Source: Mobula hypostoma (Eukaryota). Taken from it: DNA of 64,000 nt. Numbering within the stretch: position 1 is the first letter of the stretch; each line of letters starts with the position of its first letter. Where the stretch lies: assembly GCF_963921235.1 (NCBI RefSeq), contig NC_086097.1:171990001-172054000 (forward strand), written 5' to 3'. Of the stretch, positions 12,095-24,677 are shown in pieces. Made by a program: the position numbers and the translations under genes. The notes beneath the pieces are model-generated. The model was not told the DNA's origin and made no database searches. It saw only the letters and a list, made by a program, of their open reading frames with translations.

Positions 12095-12530
12095 TACCAG
12101 AATGTCTTATGAGGTGATGTTGAGCAAGCTAAGGCTTTTGTCCTTCAAGAGAAGGAGGATGAGAGGTGACTTAATAGAGGTGTATAAAATGATAGTAAGC
12201 ATTGTTAAAATGGACAGCCAGAGACTTATTCTCAGGGTGGAAATGGTTAATATGAGAGGCCATAATTTTAAAGTGATTGGAGAAAAATATAGGGGTGTCA
12301 GAGGTTGTTTTTTATATAGAGAGTGGTTGGGTGTGGAATGCACTGTCAAGGATGGTGGTAGATGCACATAGATGAAGGACATTTAAAAGACTTTAGATAG
12401 GCAAATAGATGAAAGAAAAGTGAGTTCTGTGTGGGAGGGAAGGTTTAGATTGATCTTGGAGTAGTGAAAAGGTCGGCAAAACGTCATGAACTGAAGGGCC
12501 TGTACTGTGTTTTTTACTCGATGTTCTATG
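12095..12530 (+). mobile_element. CR1 3' fragment
   Basis: RRRMRGDLIEVYKM..RGHNFKV; TTCTATG tail. Confidence 0.85.
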
Positions 12531-12857
12531 TTGCTGGAAGATTATCAGCTTAGTGGAGAACACTGTAAGGAACTGCCCACAACCAAATGCTGCCAACTGT
12601 CGCATTCCAAAGTACAGGAAAATATCCTGAAGGAATATCTTGCAAAGGTTCCACAGGCCTCAATTTCTGGCCCAAAGCCTTTACCAACAGTGTGGCTGTT
12701 ATCATTGTAGTAGAAAACCTTCAAACCTACTGCTCACGCAATTTATATGAAAGAAAGGTTGGTGATATGCTCATGATTCGGATTAGTTTATTGTCATATA
12801 CACCAGGATGGAATGAAATTCCTTGCCCACAGGAAGATCATTGAGTAAACAGTATAT

Positions 12858-12882
12858 AGGATAATAATAATAATAATAATAA
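12858..12882. repeat. (ATA)n microsatellite
   Basis: Direct reading. Confidence 0.85.
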
Positions 12883-12936
12883 ATACAACAATGAATACCA
12901 CAACAAGTTCAAAGCAGCAGAAGTATAGTATGCCAC

Positions 12937-13585
12937 CTTCTGTATATTGGTGAGACCCGACGCAGACTGGGAGACCGTTTCGCTGAACACCTACGCTCTG
13001 TCCGCCAGTGGCCACACATTTTAATTCCACATCCCATTCCCATTCTGATATGTCAATCCATGGCCTCCTCTACTGTCAAGATGAAGCCACACTCAGGCTG
13101 GAGGAACAACACCTTATATTCTGTCTGGGTAGCCTCCAACCTGTTGGCATGAACATTGATTTCTCTAACTTCTGCTAATGCCCCTCCTCCCCTTCTTACC
13201 CCATCCCCTATTTTATTTATTTATTACTCCCCTCCTCCCTTCTTTCTCTCTCTTTCTGTCTCACAATCACTCCTTGCCTGCTTTCCATCTTCCTCTGGTG
13301 CTCCCCTCCCTCTTCGTGTCTCCAGCTTTGTTTCCCTTTAGCCAATTTACTTCCCGGCTCTTAGCTCCATCCCTCCCCCTCCTGTCTTCTCCTATCATTT
13401 TGGATCTCCCCCTCCCTCTTTCAAATCTCTTACTAGCTCTTCTTTCAGTTAGTCCTGACGAAGGGTCTTGGCCTGAAACGTCAGCTGTACCTCTTCCTAT
13501 AGATGCTGCCTGGCCTGCTGTGTTCTACCAGCATTTTGTGTGTGTTTCTTGAATTTCCAGCATCTGCAGATTTTCTCATGTTTGA
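12937..13585 (+). mobile_element. Penelope-like element 3' end: GIY-YIG endonuclease remnant plus pseudo-LTR
   Basis: With one frame break reads YIGETRRRLGDRFAEHLRSV..PVATHFNSTSHSHSDMSIHGLL..LRLEEQHLIFCLGSLQPVGMNIDF, then a pyrimidine tract and the hammerhead motif. Confidence 0.9.
13450..13487 (+). ncRNA. Minimal type I hammerhead ribozyme (Penelope-associated), helix I imperfect
   Basis: CUGACGA (13455-13461), helix II AGG/CCU, GAAA (13475-13478), palindromic ACGU, UC site at 13481-13482; helix I UAGUC/AGCUG has a C.A mismatch. Confidence 0.7.
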
Positions 13586-14937
13586 GGTATAGTATTACAA
13601 GGTATAGTATTGTAATCCAAAGTAGTGCAAGGGAAATGCCAAGGTGACAAAAATAGAATAATAGAATGAGGTAGAATTAAGTATCTGAGAACACGGCAGC
13701 ACCACTCACAAGGTGATTGGTTCAGAAGTCTGATAACAGTGGGGACAAAGATGTTCTTGAGTCTGGGTGCTCAGGCTTTCTAAGTCCGTCCTGTATCTTC
13801 TCCCAGAAGGTAGAAGAGAAAAAGGGGAATGGCCAGGGTGGCAGCTATCTTTGACAATACTTTTAGCCTTCCTGAAGCAATACACTGTGGAGATGGACTG
13901 CATAGAAGTGAGGAGTAATTCAGGTGCATTAATTGAATGGTTTCTCTTATACTCTGAAGTGTGATATATTACACAAATTATATATTTGCAAAAATAAAGT
14001 ATATTTCTGAAAGAAAAAGTTATTCCTGTATGCCCTATCATTTCCAATAAATAATTGGAACCAGATTGTCCCTTAACTCAAGTAAATATAATACTGCTTC
14101 TTACAGAGCTTGCTGATTACTTTCCACTTGGTGTTCACACATGCCAGTTCTGTGCAATTAGCAGCATGAAATGGAATTATTGTGATGTTCCAGCTTTTCC
14201 CTCTCCATTTAGAAACTCAGGCATCAGTCGGCTTGCTGTGTAATTCATCTTCTGCCTGAGCTTTGTTGTGTTGAATTCTCAGTTTTCATCTTCACTACAC
14301 CACAATGGACACTCATATTAAAAGGCTGTCAGAAAATATTCATGATATCCGGCAGAGATAAATGCTTGAATTATTCACGCTGTTCCACACAGAGTTGTGA
14401 GCAATATTTTCAGTACAGAAGTCTGAAAACCCTCTCATGTATTTGGACTGAGGACAGTTGTAGCCTTGGCAAACACAGCAGGATATTTTTTTTGATCTTT
14501 CAGTGTCACGGTGTGCGCTCACAGGACTGGACCTGAGTGCAGAAGAACGGCAGGCTCTCTCTGTCACAGCAGTTGCTGGCACCAACTCAACCCGGGTGCA
14601 GTGGAAGGTAGCCTCAGTCACAGGAAGAGCCGACAATGACACAACTCCAGGATCAGTTAAGGACGACTCTAGTTAGGATAACGATGAGTAAATGCACGTG
14701 CTCAAGAAACCTAAGAAGCACAGCGCTCTACAGCGAGCAGCAGAGGCTCGCAGGACTCTTGACTTTCAAAAGTTACACAACTGTTCTCCCTTCTTAACTC
14801 TCTCTTCCAATGTCCACACAATCCCATCTTGTCAGAAGGTCTGTGACCCCCTTCCTTTATTTATTCCTATGTAGACCATTTGGCTAGGGGCTTATCATTT
14901 ATGACCAAAGTTCTCTCTAATTTTTTGTTACAGCAGC

Positions 14938-15123
14938 ATGGAGCAGCCATTGCCCTGTGTAGGAAACTTTTACATGGCCTGGAAACTGTGTGGTAATTTA
15001 AATGTTTTGTTTAAATGTCGGTGTTCAGTGAGCCAGTGGTTTATTAACAAAGAGCTGCTGACTTCCATTCTGTGTTCATTGTTACTATTTGTAACAGTGT
15101 TGTACCTTGAAACACTGGCCAAT
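14938..15123 (+). CDS. Candidate coding exon of an unidentified host gene (62 codons, hydrophobic segment)
   Basis: ctctaat branch-like site, T tract, CAGCAG acceptor, Kozak AGCATGG, frame open to AAT|GTAAGT; no homology recognised. Confidence 0.3.
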
Positions 15124-15439
15124 GTAAGTATGCTGAAGCTCTAAAATGTTGCAATGTAAAGGTTGTGGTACATTTATTACTTAGAAAATTTCTGGATTAT
15201 ATTCATTAACACATAATTAATTGCAGGGTATTTCACAATTATATTAAGATACACATAAATTTCAAAACTATATTAACATTACATAAAGAAAATTCCAGCA
15301 GTGTGACAACAAAGGCTATGTGCACAGGAGCATTTCAGTTACTGTGTGGCTGTGCATCTGTGCAGTTTAGTGATTAGTGTATATGGCCCATGCACAGTTA
15401 GTCTTAAGGATATGGTAGCGCCATGGTTATAAGACAAAT

Positions 15440-17049
15440 ACAGGGTGCAGCAGTTTGATCTAAAACTGGTGTATTTTGCCTAAACAAGAGAGACTACAAT
15501 GGGATGTGGCAGGAGTTGGCTAGTGTAGACCGGGAACAAAGGCTAAGTGGTAGGATAGTTGAAAAACAATGAAAGACTTTCAAGGAGATTTTTCACACTG
15601 TTCAGCAAAAGTATATTCCAGTTAGAAGCAAGGGTGGTAAGAGTAGGGAGAGCCAATCTTGGATGACTAAGGAAATAATAGAAGACATCAAACCGAAAGC
15701 TCATGCATACAAAGTCGCCATGAGCAGTGGGAAAGTGGAAGATTGTGAAAACTTTAAAAAGCAATAATGAACCACTATGCAAGCAATAAGGAAAGGGAAG
15801 ATAGATTATGAAAGTAAACTAGTGCCAAATATAAAACAAGCAGAAAAGAGTGACTAAAGTGAACATAGGTTCCTTGGAAGATGAGAAAGAGGAAGTAATA
15901 TTGGTTAATGTGGAAATAGTTGAGACACTGGTTGACCATTTAGTGTTGGTCTTCATGGTGCTGGATGCATATAACATGCCAAAGAGAGATTTATGTATGA
16001 GATTGAGGTGAGGACTGTGAAGAGCAAACTAGTGAGCAAAAAGGCAAAAAATTCCCTGATCCTGACAGGATGCATCCCAGGGTACTGAAAGAAATGGCAG
16101 AGGTTAAAGTAGCTACACTTATGATAATTTGGCAAAATTCTCTGAACTCTGGGCAGGTCCTAACGAACTGGAAGACAGCAAGTATCATACCACTGTTTAA
16201 AAAAAGGATGCAGGCAAAAGGTGGGAAACTATAGGCCAGTTGGCTTAACCCCCATAACTGGGAAATTGCTTGAAGCTATTACTAAGAAAGACATAGTGAG
16301 ATACCTAGATAGAGGCGGTATCACGAACTAGACACAGCATGGATTCGTGAAGGGCAGTTCCTGTGTGGCAAACTTACTGGAATACTTTAACTGAATAATA
16401 AGAACAGTGGACAGAGGGGAACATGTGGATGTTGTATAGCTGAATTTCCAGAATGTGTTTGATAAGCTGCTGCATAAAAGACTTATCCATAAGATAAGGA
16501 TATATGAAGTTGGGGGTAATGTATTAGCATGGATAAAGGACGGGTTAACCAACAAAAGTCAGAGAGTTAGGATAAGTAGGTGTTTCTTGGGTTGGTAGTC
16601 AGTGGTGGGTCGCAGGGGTCATTTCTGGGTTCACAACCGTTCACAATATTTGGAAAAAGGGACCAAGTGTCACGTATCTCAGTGTGCTGATGTCACAAAA
16701 TTAAGTGGAAACGCTAATCCTAGAGAGAATGCAGAGAGATTAAGTGAGTGGGCAAAGGTCTGGCAGATGGAGTGCAGTGATGGTAAATACAAGGTCATCC
16801 ACTTTGGAAGGAAAAGTAGGAGATCAGATTATTATTTAAATGCTGAAGGATTGCTATAAGCTGTTGTACAGAGGGCCTTGGAAGTGCATGGGCATGATTC
16901 ACTAAAGGTTGGAACAGGTCATCAAGAAGGCTAATGGAATGTTCACATTCATTGCTAGAGAGATTGAATTTAAGAGCAGCGAGGTTATGCTGCAACTGTA
17001 CAGGGTACTGGTGAGGCCACACCTGGAATACTGTGTGCTGTTATGGACT
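15440..17049 (+). mobile_element. Decayed CR1, interrupted by the Gypsy element; continues at 21386-21500
   Basis: VMLQLYRVLVRPHLEYCVLLW runs into the LTR; reconstructed empty site ttatgGACTccttatttgagg. Confidence 0.9.
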
Positions 17050-17336
17050 TGTGGCGACCCACTTTCTAGCACACACGAACCGGCTCACGAAACAGCGCGC
17101 GCAGGCAGAGGGCCAGCCCCAAAAAGGGCGCCAGGCCATCTTCACCAGCAGGGGGAAAATCCCACGTGCAGAAAGGGTCTGGGAATATGCATTCCCCACA
17201 GCAGTCCCGCCTCAGGGAGGGCGGGAACAGGAAGGCTTTAAAGCAGGCCGCGAAGTTTGAATAAATCTCTTTATCGCAACTCCAACTCACCAACTCCGTG
17301 TGGTTATTCTAGCGCTGTGTGTAGCACACCGCCACA
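17050..17336 (+). repeat. 5' LTR (287 bp)
   Basis: TGTGGCG...CGCCACA inverted ends; TTTAAA then AATAAA near 17260; about 90% identical to the 3' LTR by eye. Confidence 0.95.
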
Positions 17337-17338
17337 TT

Positions 17339-17352
17339 TGGTGACCCTGACG
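17339..17352 (+). promoter_or_regulatory. Primer-binding site, tRNA-Trp-like
   Basis: TGGTGACCCTGACG, 2 nt after the LTR; one mismatch to TGGTGACCCCGACG, the complement of the vertebrate tRNA-Trp 3' end. Confidence 0.75.
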
Positions 17353-17376
17353 GCCCAAACGATATTTGGGCCAGAG

Positions 17377-18096
17377 ATGACCGACGCCACATCTGTTCAC
17401 GCAGTTTTGTTACAACTGCCAAGCTTTTGGCTGCTGAGACTCCGTCTGTGGTTTGAACAGGCAGAAGCACAATTCCACATTCGGCAGATAACCTCGGAGT
17501 CCACTTGTTACTACTACGTGCTGAGCTCCCTCGACCAAGAGACTGCTGCACAAGTTGAGGAGTTTATACAGTTGCCACCGGAGAACGGCAAATACACAGC
17601 ATTCAAAGCCCAGCTCATAAGGACTTTCGGACTCTCACGGCGCGAACGAGCACGCCGCTTACTGCACCTGGATGGTTTGGGAGACAGGCCGCCGTCGGCA
17701 CTAATGAACGAAATGCTGGCCCTGGCTGAAAGACACAAACCCTGCCTCATGTTTGAGCAGGTGTTCCTAGAGCAACTGCCCGAGGACATATGCCTGCTGC
17801 TGTCCGACGCAGATTTCAGTGACCCCCGGGAGGTGGCGGCCCGGGCAGATGTGCTGTGGAATGCCAAGAAGGAGAGAGGGGCGTCCGTCGCACAGATCAC
17901 CAAGCCGCGTGCCCAACGGCAGACCAGACCAGGCCCGGCAGCAGAGCCCAACGAACAATGGTGCTTCTACCACCAGCGGTGGGGCACAGAGGCCCGCCGC
18001 TGTAGACCACCCTGCAAATTCCCGGGAAACGCCAAGGCCCAGCCGCCGCCGATTGCTGCGGCGGCTGGCCATCAGGACAGCCTCCTGTATGTCTGA
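17377..18096 (+). pseudogene. gag: Gypsy gag
   Basis: LQLPSFWLLRLRLWFEQAEAQF N-terminus and CFYHQRWGTEARRCRPPC Cys/His motif; ends at a TGA in frame with pol. Confidence 0.85.
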
Positions 18097-21000
18097 GACA
18101 AGCAGTCGGGACGCCGATTTTTGGTCGACACCGGAGCGGAGATCAGCGCTTTACCTCCAACGAGTTACGACACCCGCAACAGAGAACCCGGACCCACCCT
18201 GAGGGCCGCAAATGGCAGCACAATACGAACCTACGGCACCTGCACGGTGTGGCTACAGTTCAGCTCCAGCCGGTTCACGTGGGACTTCACACTGGCTGCC
18301 GTGGCCCAACCACTCCTGGGGGCGGATTTTCTGCGAGCCCACAGCCTGCTGGTCGACCTGCAAGGGAAGCGATTAGTCCACGCCAAGACTTTTCAAACGT
18401 TCTCCCTGGGTGAAGCTAAGTTGCCAGCCCCACACCTGGATTCCATCACACTGTTCGACGATGAATTCACCGGGGTCCTGGCAGATTTCCCATCAGTACT
18501 GACAGCACAGTTCATGGCAGCCATGCCCAGACACGGAGTACAGCACCAGATCCCGACCCAGGGACCACCCCTCCACGCCCGTGCTCGAAGGCTTTCCCCG
18601 GACAAGCTCCAACTGGCGAAGGAGGAGTTCAAGAAGATGGAGGAATTGGGGATCATACGACGGTCCGACAGCCCCTGGGCCTCCCCGCTGCATATGGTGC
18701 CCAAGGCAACGAGGGGCTGGAGACCATGCGGCGACGACCACAGACTGAACGAAGCTACAACGCCAGACCGCTACCCTGTGCCGCACATTCAAGACTTTGC
18801 AGCAAACCTACACGGCGCAAGGATCTTTTCCAAGGTAGATCTCGTCTGGGGATACCATCAAATCCCGGTACATCCGGACGACATCCCCAAAACTGCACTC
18901 ATCACCCTGTTTGGACTTTTCGAATTCCTCCGAATGCCGTTTGGTCTAAAGAATGCTGCACAGACGTTCCAGCGGCTAATGGACGCGGTGGGACGCGACC
19001 TGGACTTTGCATTCATCTATTTGGACGACATCCTCATAGCCAGCAGTAGTCGTCAAGAGCATCTGTCCCACCTCCGTCAACTCTACGCCCGACTGAGCGA
19101 ATTCGGCCTTACAATCAACCCGGCCAAATGTCAGTTCGGACTCGACACCATCGACTTCCTGGGCCACAGGATTACTAAAGATGGGGCAACCCCGCTGCCC
19201 GCCAAGGTAGACGCGGTCCGCAACTTTCCCCGACCCAACGCAATCAAAGGCTTGCAGGAATTCGTGGGTATGGTGAATTTCTACCACCGTTTCCTCCCCT
19301 CAGCAACCCGAACCATGCGCCCCTTCTTCACTCTAATGTCGGGTAAGGGCAAGGACATTACCTGGGACAAAGAGGCTGCAGCCGCTTTCGTTAAAACCAA
19401 AGAAGCCTTGGCAAACGCTGCGATGCTAGTGCACCCCAGAACGGACGGTTCCTACTGCCCTCACGGTGGACGCATCCAACACAGCAGTCGGTGGAGTGCT
19501 GGAACAACTCATCGAGGGTCGCTGGTAACCCCTGGCATTCTTCAGCAAACACCTACGACCACCTGAACTTAAATACAGTGCTTTCGACCGGGAGCTATTG
19601 GCACTATACCTGGCAATCCAGCATGTCAGGTACTTCTTAGAAGGTAGGCCCTTCACTGCATTTACAGACCAGAAACTGCTTACCTTTGCGTTCACGAAGG
19701 TGTCCGACCCCTGGTCGTCCCGCCAGCAGTGACATCTGTCCTACATCTCCGAGTACACGACGGACATCCGGCATGTCTCGGGAAAGGACAACGTTGTGGC
19801 CAACGCACTATCCAGACCTACCATACAGGGCCTGTCCCGGGGGTGGACTGTGCAGCGCTGGCAGAGGCATAGCAGGCAGACGCTGAGATCCCTAGTTACA
19901 GGACTGCGGTCTCCAGTTTGCAGCTCCAAGACCTCCCCATAGGCCCAGGTGAGAGGACCTTATGTGTGACGTAGCTACCGGCCAACCCCGCCCGTCGTCC
20001 CAGCAGCCTGGCGGCGGCGGGTTTTTGACTCCATTCACAACTTAGCGCACCCCTCCATCAGGACAACCATCCAGCTGGTTGCCAACAGGTTCATGTGGCA
20101 TGGACTGCGTAAACAGGTCAGTGAATGGGCCAAAACGTGCATGCAGTGCCAAATGGCCAAGGTGCAGCGGCACACCAAGGCTCCGCCGCAGCGGTTCGAA
20201 CCCACCCGCTGGAGGTTCGACCACATTCATGTGGATATCGTGGGGCCCCTGCCAGTGTCGCGAGGAGTGCCGTAGCTCCTAACTATGGTAGACCGGTTCA
20301 CCAGATGGCCAAAGGCAGTCCCGTTCACTGACACCACCTCCGAATCCTGTGCCTGAGCACTGATCGCAACCTGGGTAGCCCACTTCGGGGTACCGGCCCA
20401 CATTACCTCCGACAGGGGCGCCCAGTTCAACTCCAGCCTGTGGTCAGCTATGGCCAGCCTTTTAGGATCGCAGCTACACCACACAACTGCCTACCACCCA
20501 CAGTCGAACGGACTAGTGGAGCGTTTCCACCGTCACCTGAAGTCGGCTCTCATGGCCTGCCTGGAAGGGCCTAACTGGGTGGACGAGCTTTCCTGGGTCC
20601 TGCTCAGAATCTGCACAGCGCCCAAGGAAGATCTGCACACCTCATCGGCCAAGTTGGTGTACGGCGCGCCCCTGGTCGTCCCAGGACAGTTCATACCAGC
20701 CCCAAGGGGGCAAGAGGAAGAACACACAGCAGTCCTGGACAGACTACGGGAGAGGCTCGGTAACCTGGCCGCCATCCCCACTTCACAGCACGGACAGAGC
20801 CCGACCTGCAGAACTGTAAGTTTCTTTTTGTACGACGGGGTGGACACCGGGCACCGCTACAGCGGCCCTACGAGGGGCCATTTAAAGTGATCAGGAACAA
20901 TGGGTCCACGTTCGTGCTGGACATTAGTGGGAGAGAGGAGGTTTTCACGATGGACCGACTCAAACCGGCCCATGTGGACTTGGCGCAGCCGGTCCAGGCT
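18097..21000 (+). pseudogene. pol: Gypsy pol (protease, RT, RNase H, integrase), disrupted
   Basis: FLVDTGA; SPWASPLHMVPK, MPFGLKNA, YLDD; HNLAH..CMQC; HVDIVGP, TSDRGAQF, NGLVERFH; YEGPFKV; frameshift near 19445 and several stops. Confidence 0.95.
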
Positions 21001-21082
21001 CAGGCACCGCGGCGCAGGGGCAGACCTCCCAAATAGAGGCCGATACAGACTGTGGACATTGGGGGAGGTATCACCGGTTCTC

Positions 21083-21094
21083 GGGGGGGCAGGG
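21083..21094 (+). promoter_or_regulatory. Polypurine tract
   Basis: GGGGGGGCAGGG just before the 3' LTR. Confidence 0.8.
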
Positions 21095-21097
21095 TTA

Positions 21098-21381
21098 TGT
21101 GGTGACCCACTTTCTAGCACACACGAACCGGCTCACGAAACAATGCGCGCAGGCAGAGGGTTGGCCCCAAAAAAGGCGCCAGGCCATCTTCACTAGCAGG
21201 GAGAAAATCCTGTCACGGAAAGGGTCTGGGAATAGGCATTCTCCACAGCAGTCCTGCCCCAGGAAGGGCGGGAAGGGGAAGGCTTTAAAGCAGGCCGCGA
21301 AGTTTGAGTAAATCTCTTTATCGCAACTCCAACCCACCGACTCCGTGTGGTTATTCTAGCGCTGTGTGTAGCACATCGCTA
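21098..21381 (+). repeat. 3' LTR
   Basis: Direct repeat of 17050-17336; two terminal bases lost and AATAAA changed to GTAAA. Confidence 0.95.
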
Positions 21382-24002
21382 GACTCCTTATTTGAGGAAA
21401 TATATGGCTTTGGAGTTGTGACAGAGGAGGTTCACCAGGTTGATTCTGGAGAGGAAGGGTTAGCCTTTGAGGAGAGATTGAGTCACTTGGAATTGAACTT
21501 GCTGAAATCTCTGGATGACTTACCCAATGTCATGATTGCCATTTTACTGCATACCACTCATAATGTCACCCTTCCAAGTAATCATCATCCCAGTAACATG
21601 GCATTAGATATTATTATTCTACTAAATTAAAATGATAAATCTTCACAGAGTATAGTTTTAGGATGGTCAACTTAATCTGGTCCTCTGCAAGAAAATGTAT
21701 CTTCTTTGATAAGCAAGTTGAAATTGCAAAGAAAGGCAAGCATAAAGTTAAACGGTGCAGAAGAAAACCATTCAACCCTTCCTGAATGTATTAACCCTTC
21801 TTAAGGTTCAAAGTCCAAAGTAAATTTATTATCCAAGTGTGTATATGCTACCATATGCTGCCTTGAAATACATTTTCTTGCAGATATTTACAGGAAGAAA
21901 GAAATACAATGTAATTTTATGAAAACCTATACATGATTAGACAAAGACTGACAAATAAGCAATGTGCAAAAGAAAATAATACTGAGAGCATGTGTTGTAA
22001 CAAGTTAGTAATGTGAATCCAGTTAATCCCATTGTCCTGCAAATATTTGGCAGAGAACACTTGCTAGAGTGATGTTTGGAATGGGTGCATTGTCTTAGGA
22101 AGAAGAGTTGGACAGAGTGAGCATGTATCTGCTGGAGGTTAGGAGAGTGAGAAGAGACAGGATTGAAACATATACAATCCTGCGTGGTCCTGAGAAGCTG
22201 GATGTGAAGATACTGTTGAAGACAGGTTACAATCAGATCAGCCATGCATTTAATGAATGGCAGAGCAGGTTTGAGGGGCCAAGTGGCCTATTCCTGTTCA
22301 TTATAGAGTCACAGTTATTAAAGTCAACAGATGGAAACAGGCCTTACCAACTAATTTGCCTAAGTGAGCTAGTCCAATTTGCCTGTGCTTTGCCCGCTTT
22401 GACATGGTGACAGGAAGAAGCAGGTAGTGTCAGAAGGGTTTTTCTGATTGGATATCTCCGGCTGTTGGTGTACGACAGGGATCGGTGGCAGGATTACGAG
22501 AGGCATAGGTAGGGTAGACAGTCAGAAACTTTTCCACAGGATATAAATATCAAATATCAAACAACATACTTTTAATGTGGCGGGGGGAGGGAGTTGTGAG
22601 AAATTTAATAGTGATATAAAGGACAGAGAGAGGTGGGTGCCTGTAATAGGTTACCAGGATAGTAGTGGAAACAGACAATTTGGTGGAGTTTAGGAGGGTC
22701 TTTGATAGACGTATGAATATGAAGGAATAAAGGGATGTGGATGATACACAGGAGGAGGAGATTTAGAATAAATTGGCATCAAAACTTGCACTACATCATG
22801 GGCTGAATGGCCTGTCCGGTGTTGTACTGTTCTACGTTCTTTGTTAAGGAAGAATTTTTTTATCCAGTGCATCTCTGCCTGAGGGGGTGGTGGACACAAG
22901 TACTTTCACAACATCTGCAAATTATCTGCAAACTTCAAGGTATATTAGGTTACGAACTAAGTGCTGGTAAATGGGATTAGTATAGATGGGTAATAATTAT
23001 CTGCATGCACATGATGGATCGAAGGGCCTGTATCTCTATAATATTTTATCACAGTTCCTGGTCCTTGTACCCCTTTTTAAAAAAACACCATTTAATTTGC
23101 ATTGCCTCCTCTCGTTCTTCCTTATAAAGACTCTCCATACTACAGTGAAGATGACTCAACTTTTGACTAAAGAACAGGGAAAAGGTGAAGCAATACTGTA
23201 ACTATTTGGTGCACGTTTGAAGACTTGAATCATTGGCAACATGGTTAAATGCTTAATAGGTGGAAAAACAATAAATGCTGGACACTCTCAGCAGCTTAAT
23301 CAATGTTTGTTGAGTACTTTCAATATTTCCTGGCTTTATTTCAGATTCCCTGTGTTTGCAGTTGTACAAGTGGTTCCTGGAATGGGACGAATTCTGGATT
23401 ATATGGGAAGTTGAGGGGTTAAGCAACGAGGCATACAGGGAGGTCGTTACATCCAAGCTACAGTACACAGGTGACTGATGGACCGTCAGAAGGGAGAAGG
23501 GAGATAGGCAGCTGGTGCAGAGTAGCCATGTGGCAATTCCCCTCAATAACACATATTCCACTTTGGATGCTGTTGGGGGAGATGACCTGGCAGAGGAAAG
23601 TCACAGCTGTCAGGTCGCTGACTATGCTATTGCAATATATTAAAGACCACCCAGCAGTCCACTGAGAGATCACAGACTGTTTCAAGAAACATAAGGTTGT
23701 GATAGTAGGTGATTTTAACTTACTATATGTTGATTGGGACTTCCATCCTGTAAAAGGGCAGGATGGGACAGTGTTTGTCAAAAGTGTTCAGGGAAGTTTC
23801 ATTTATCAGTACATAGAGGTCCCAACCAGAGAAAGTGTGATATTGGATCTGCTATTAGGGAATGTGACAGTGCAGGTGACAGAGGTTTGTGCAAGGGAAT
23901 ACTTTGGATTTTGTGATCATAATATCATTAGTTTCAAAATAATTATGGAGAAGAATTAGTCTGGTCTTTGGGTTGAGATTCTAAATGCTTTTATCCTTCT
24001 TG

Positions 24003-24325
24003 TGGGTGCCACAGTGGCACAGCAGTTAGCATGATGCTATTACAGCTTGGGGCATTGGAGTTCAGAGTTCAATTCTGATGTCGCCTGTAAGGACTCTGTA
24101 TGTCCTCCCTGTGGAATGTCTGGTTTTTCCCTGGGTGTTCCAGTTTCCTTCCACAGTCCAAACAAGTACCAGGCAAGTTAATTGGTCATTGTAAATTGTC
24201 ATGTGATTAGGTTATGGTTAATCAGGTTTGTTGGGGGCTGCTGGGCCAACCAGTCTTGAAAGGCCAGAAGGGCCTACTCCATGCTGTATTACTGAATAAA
24301 GTAAGTACAACAAAATACATAAATA
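24003..24325 (+). mobile_element. V-SINE (HE1-like), tRNA-derived
   Basis: A-box-like GTGGCACAGCAGTTAG, B-box-like GAGTTCAATTC, V-domain-like TCCTCCCTGTG..CCAGTTTCCTTCCACAGTCCAAA; AATAAA near the end. Confidence 0.75.
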
Positions 24326-24466
24326 AATTGGAGAATTAGAAAGGAGCTGGCAAGTGTAAATTGGGACAGATTGTTTTCTGGCAAAGATGTACTTGGTTAA
24401 TGGGAGGCATTCAAAACTGAGTTTGTATGTTCCTGTCAGAATAGAAGGCAAGTATAAAATGTTTAG

Positions 24467-24677
24467 CACCGGCTGGTGGCATCAGCGCCGGACTTTGGAG
24501 TGAAGGCTCCCGAGTTTGAATCCAGCTGGCTCCCTTGCATGCTTTCCATCTGTGTTGGGTTGAGCGTTGAGCTAGCAACTCAGCCTCGTAAAAATAAGAA
24601 AGCCCGCTGAAAAAAAAGCCATCATCATGGCGTCCCAATGACTCCACTCAGAGTTAAGGGCTTTCTTCATCTTCTTC
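24467..24677 (+). mobile_element. tRNA-derived SINE with (CTT)n tail
   Basis: 13 bp TSD ATAAAA(T/G)GTTTAG (24454-24466, 24678-24690); B-box-like GAGTTTGAATCC. Confidence 0.8.

Larger units (their letters stand above)
17050..21381 (+). mobile_element. Full-length decayed Ty3/Gypsy LTR retrotransposon
   Basis: Two LTRs, 4 bp TSD GACT (17046-17049, 21382-21385), PBS, PPT, domain order gag-PR-RT-RH-IN. Confidence 0.97.

Noticed and set aside
13178..13552. 124 aa Leu/Pro/Ser-rich ORF
   Set aside because: Pyrimidine-rich Penelope tract with few stop codons
14340..14642. 100 aa Cys/Ser-rich minus-strand ORF
   Set aside because: Non-ATG start, no recognisable domain, no flanking splice sites
17309..21337. 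Antisense and alternative-frame ORFs in the Gypsy element; possible env or chromodomain
   Set aside because: GC-rich shadow ORFs; no room or motif for env or a chromodomain between integrase and PPT
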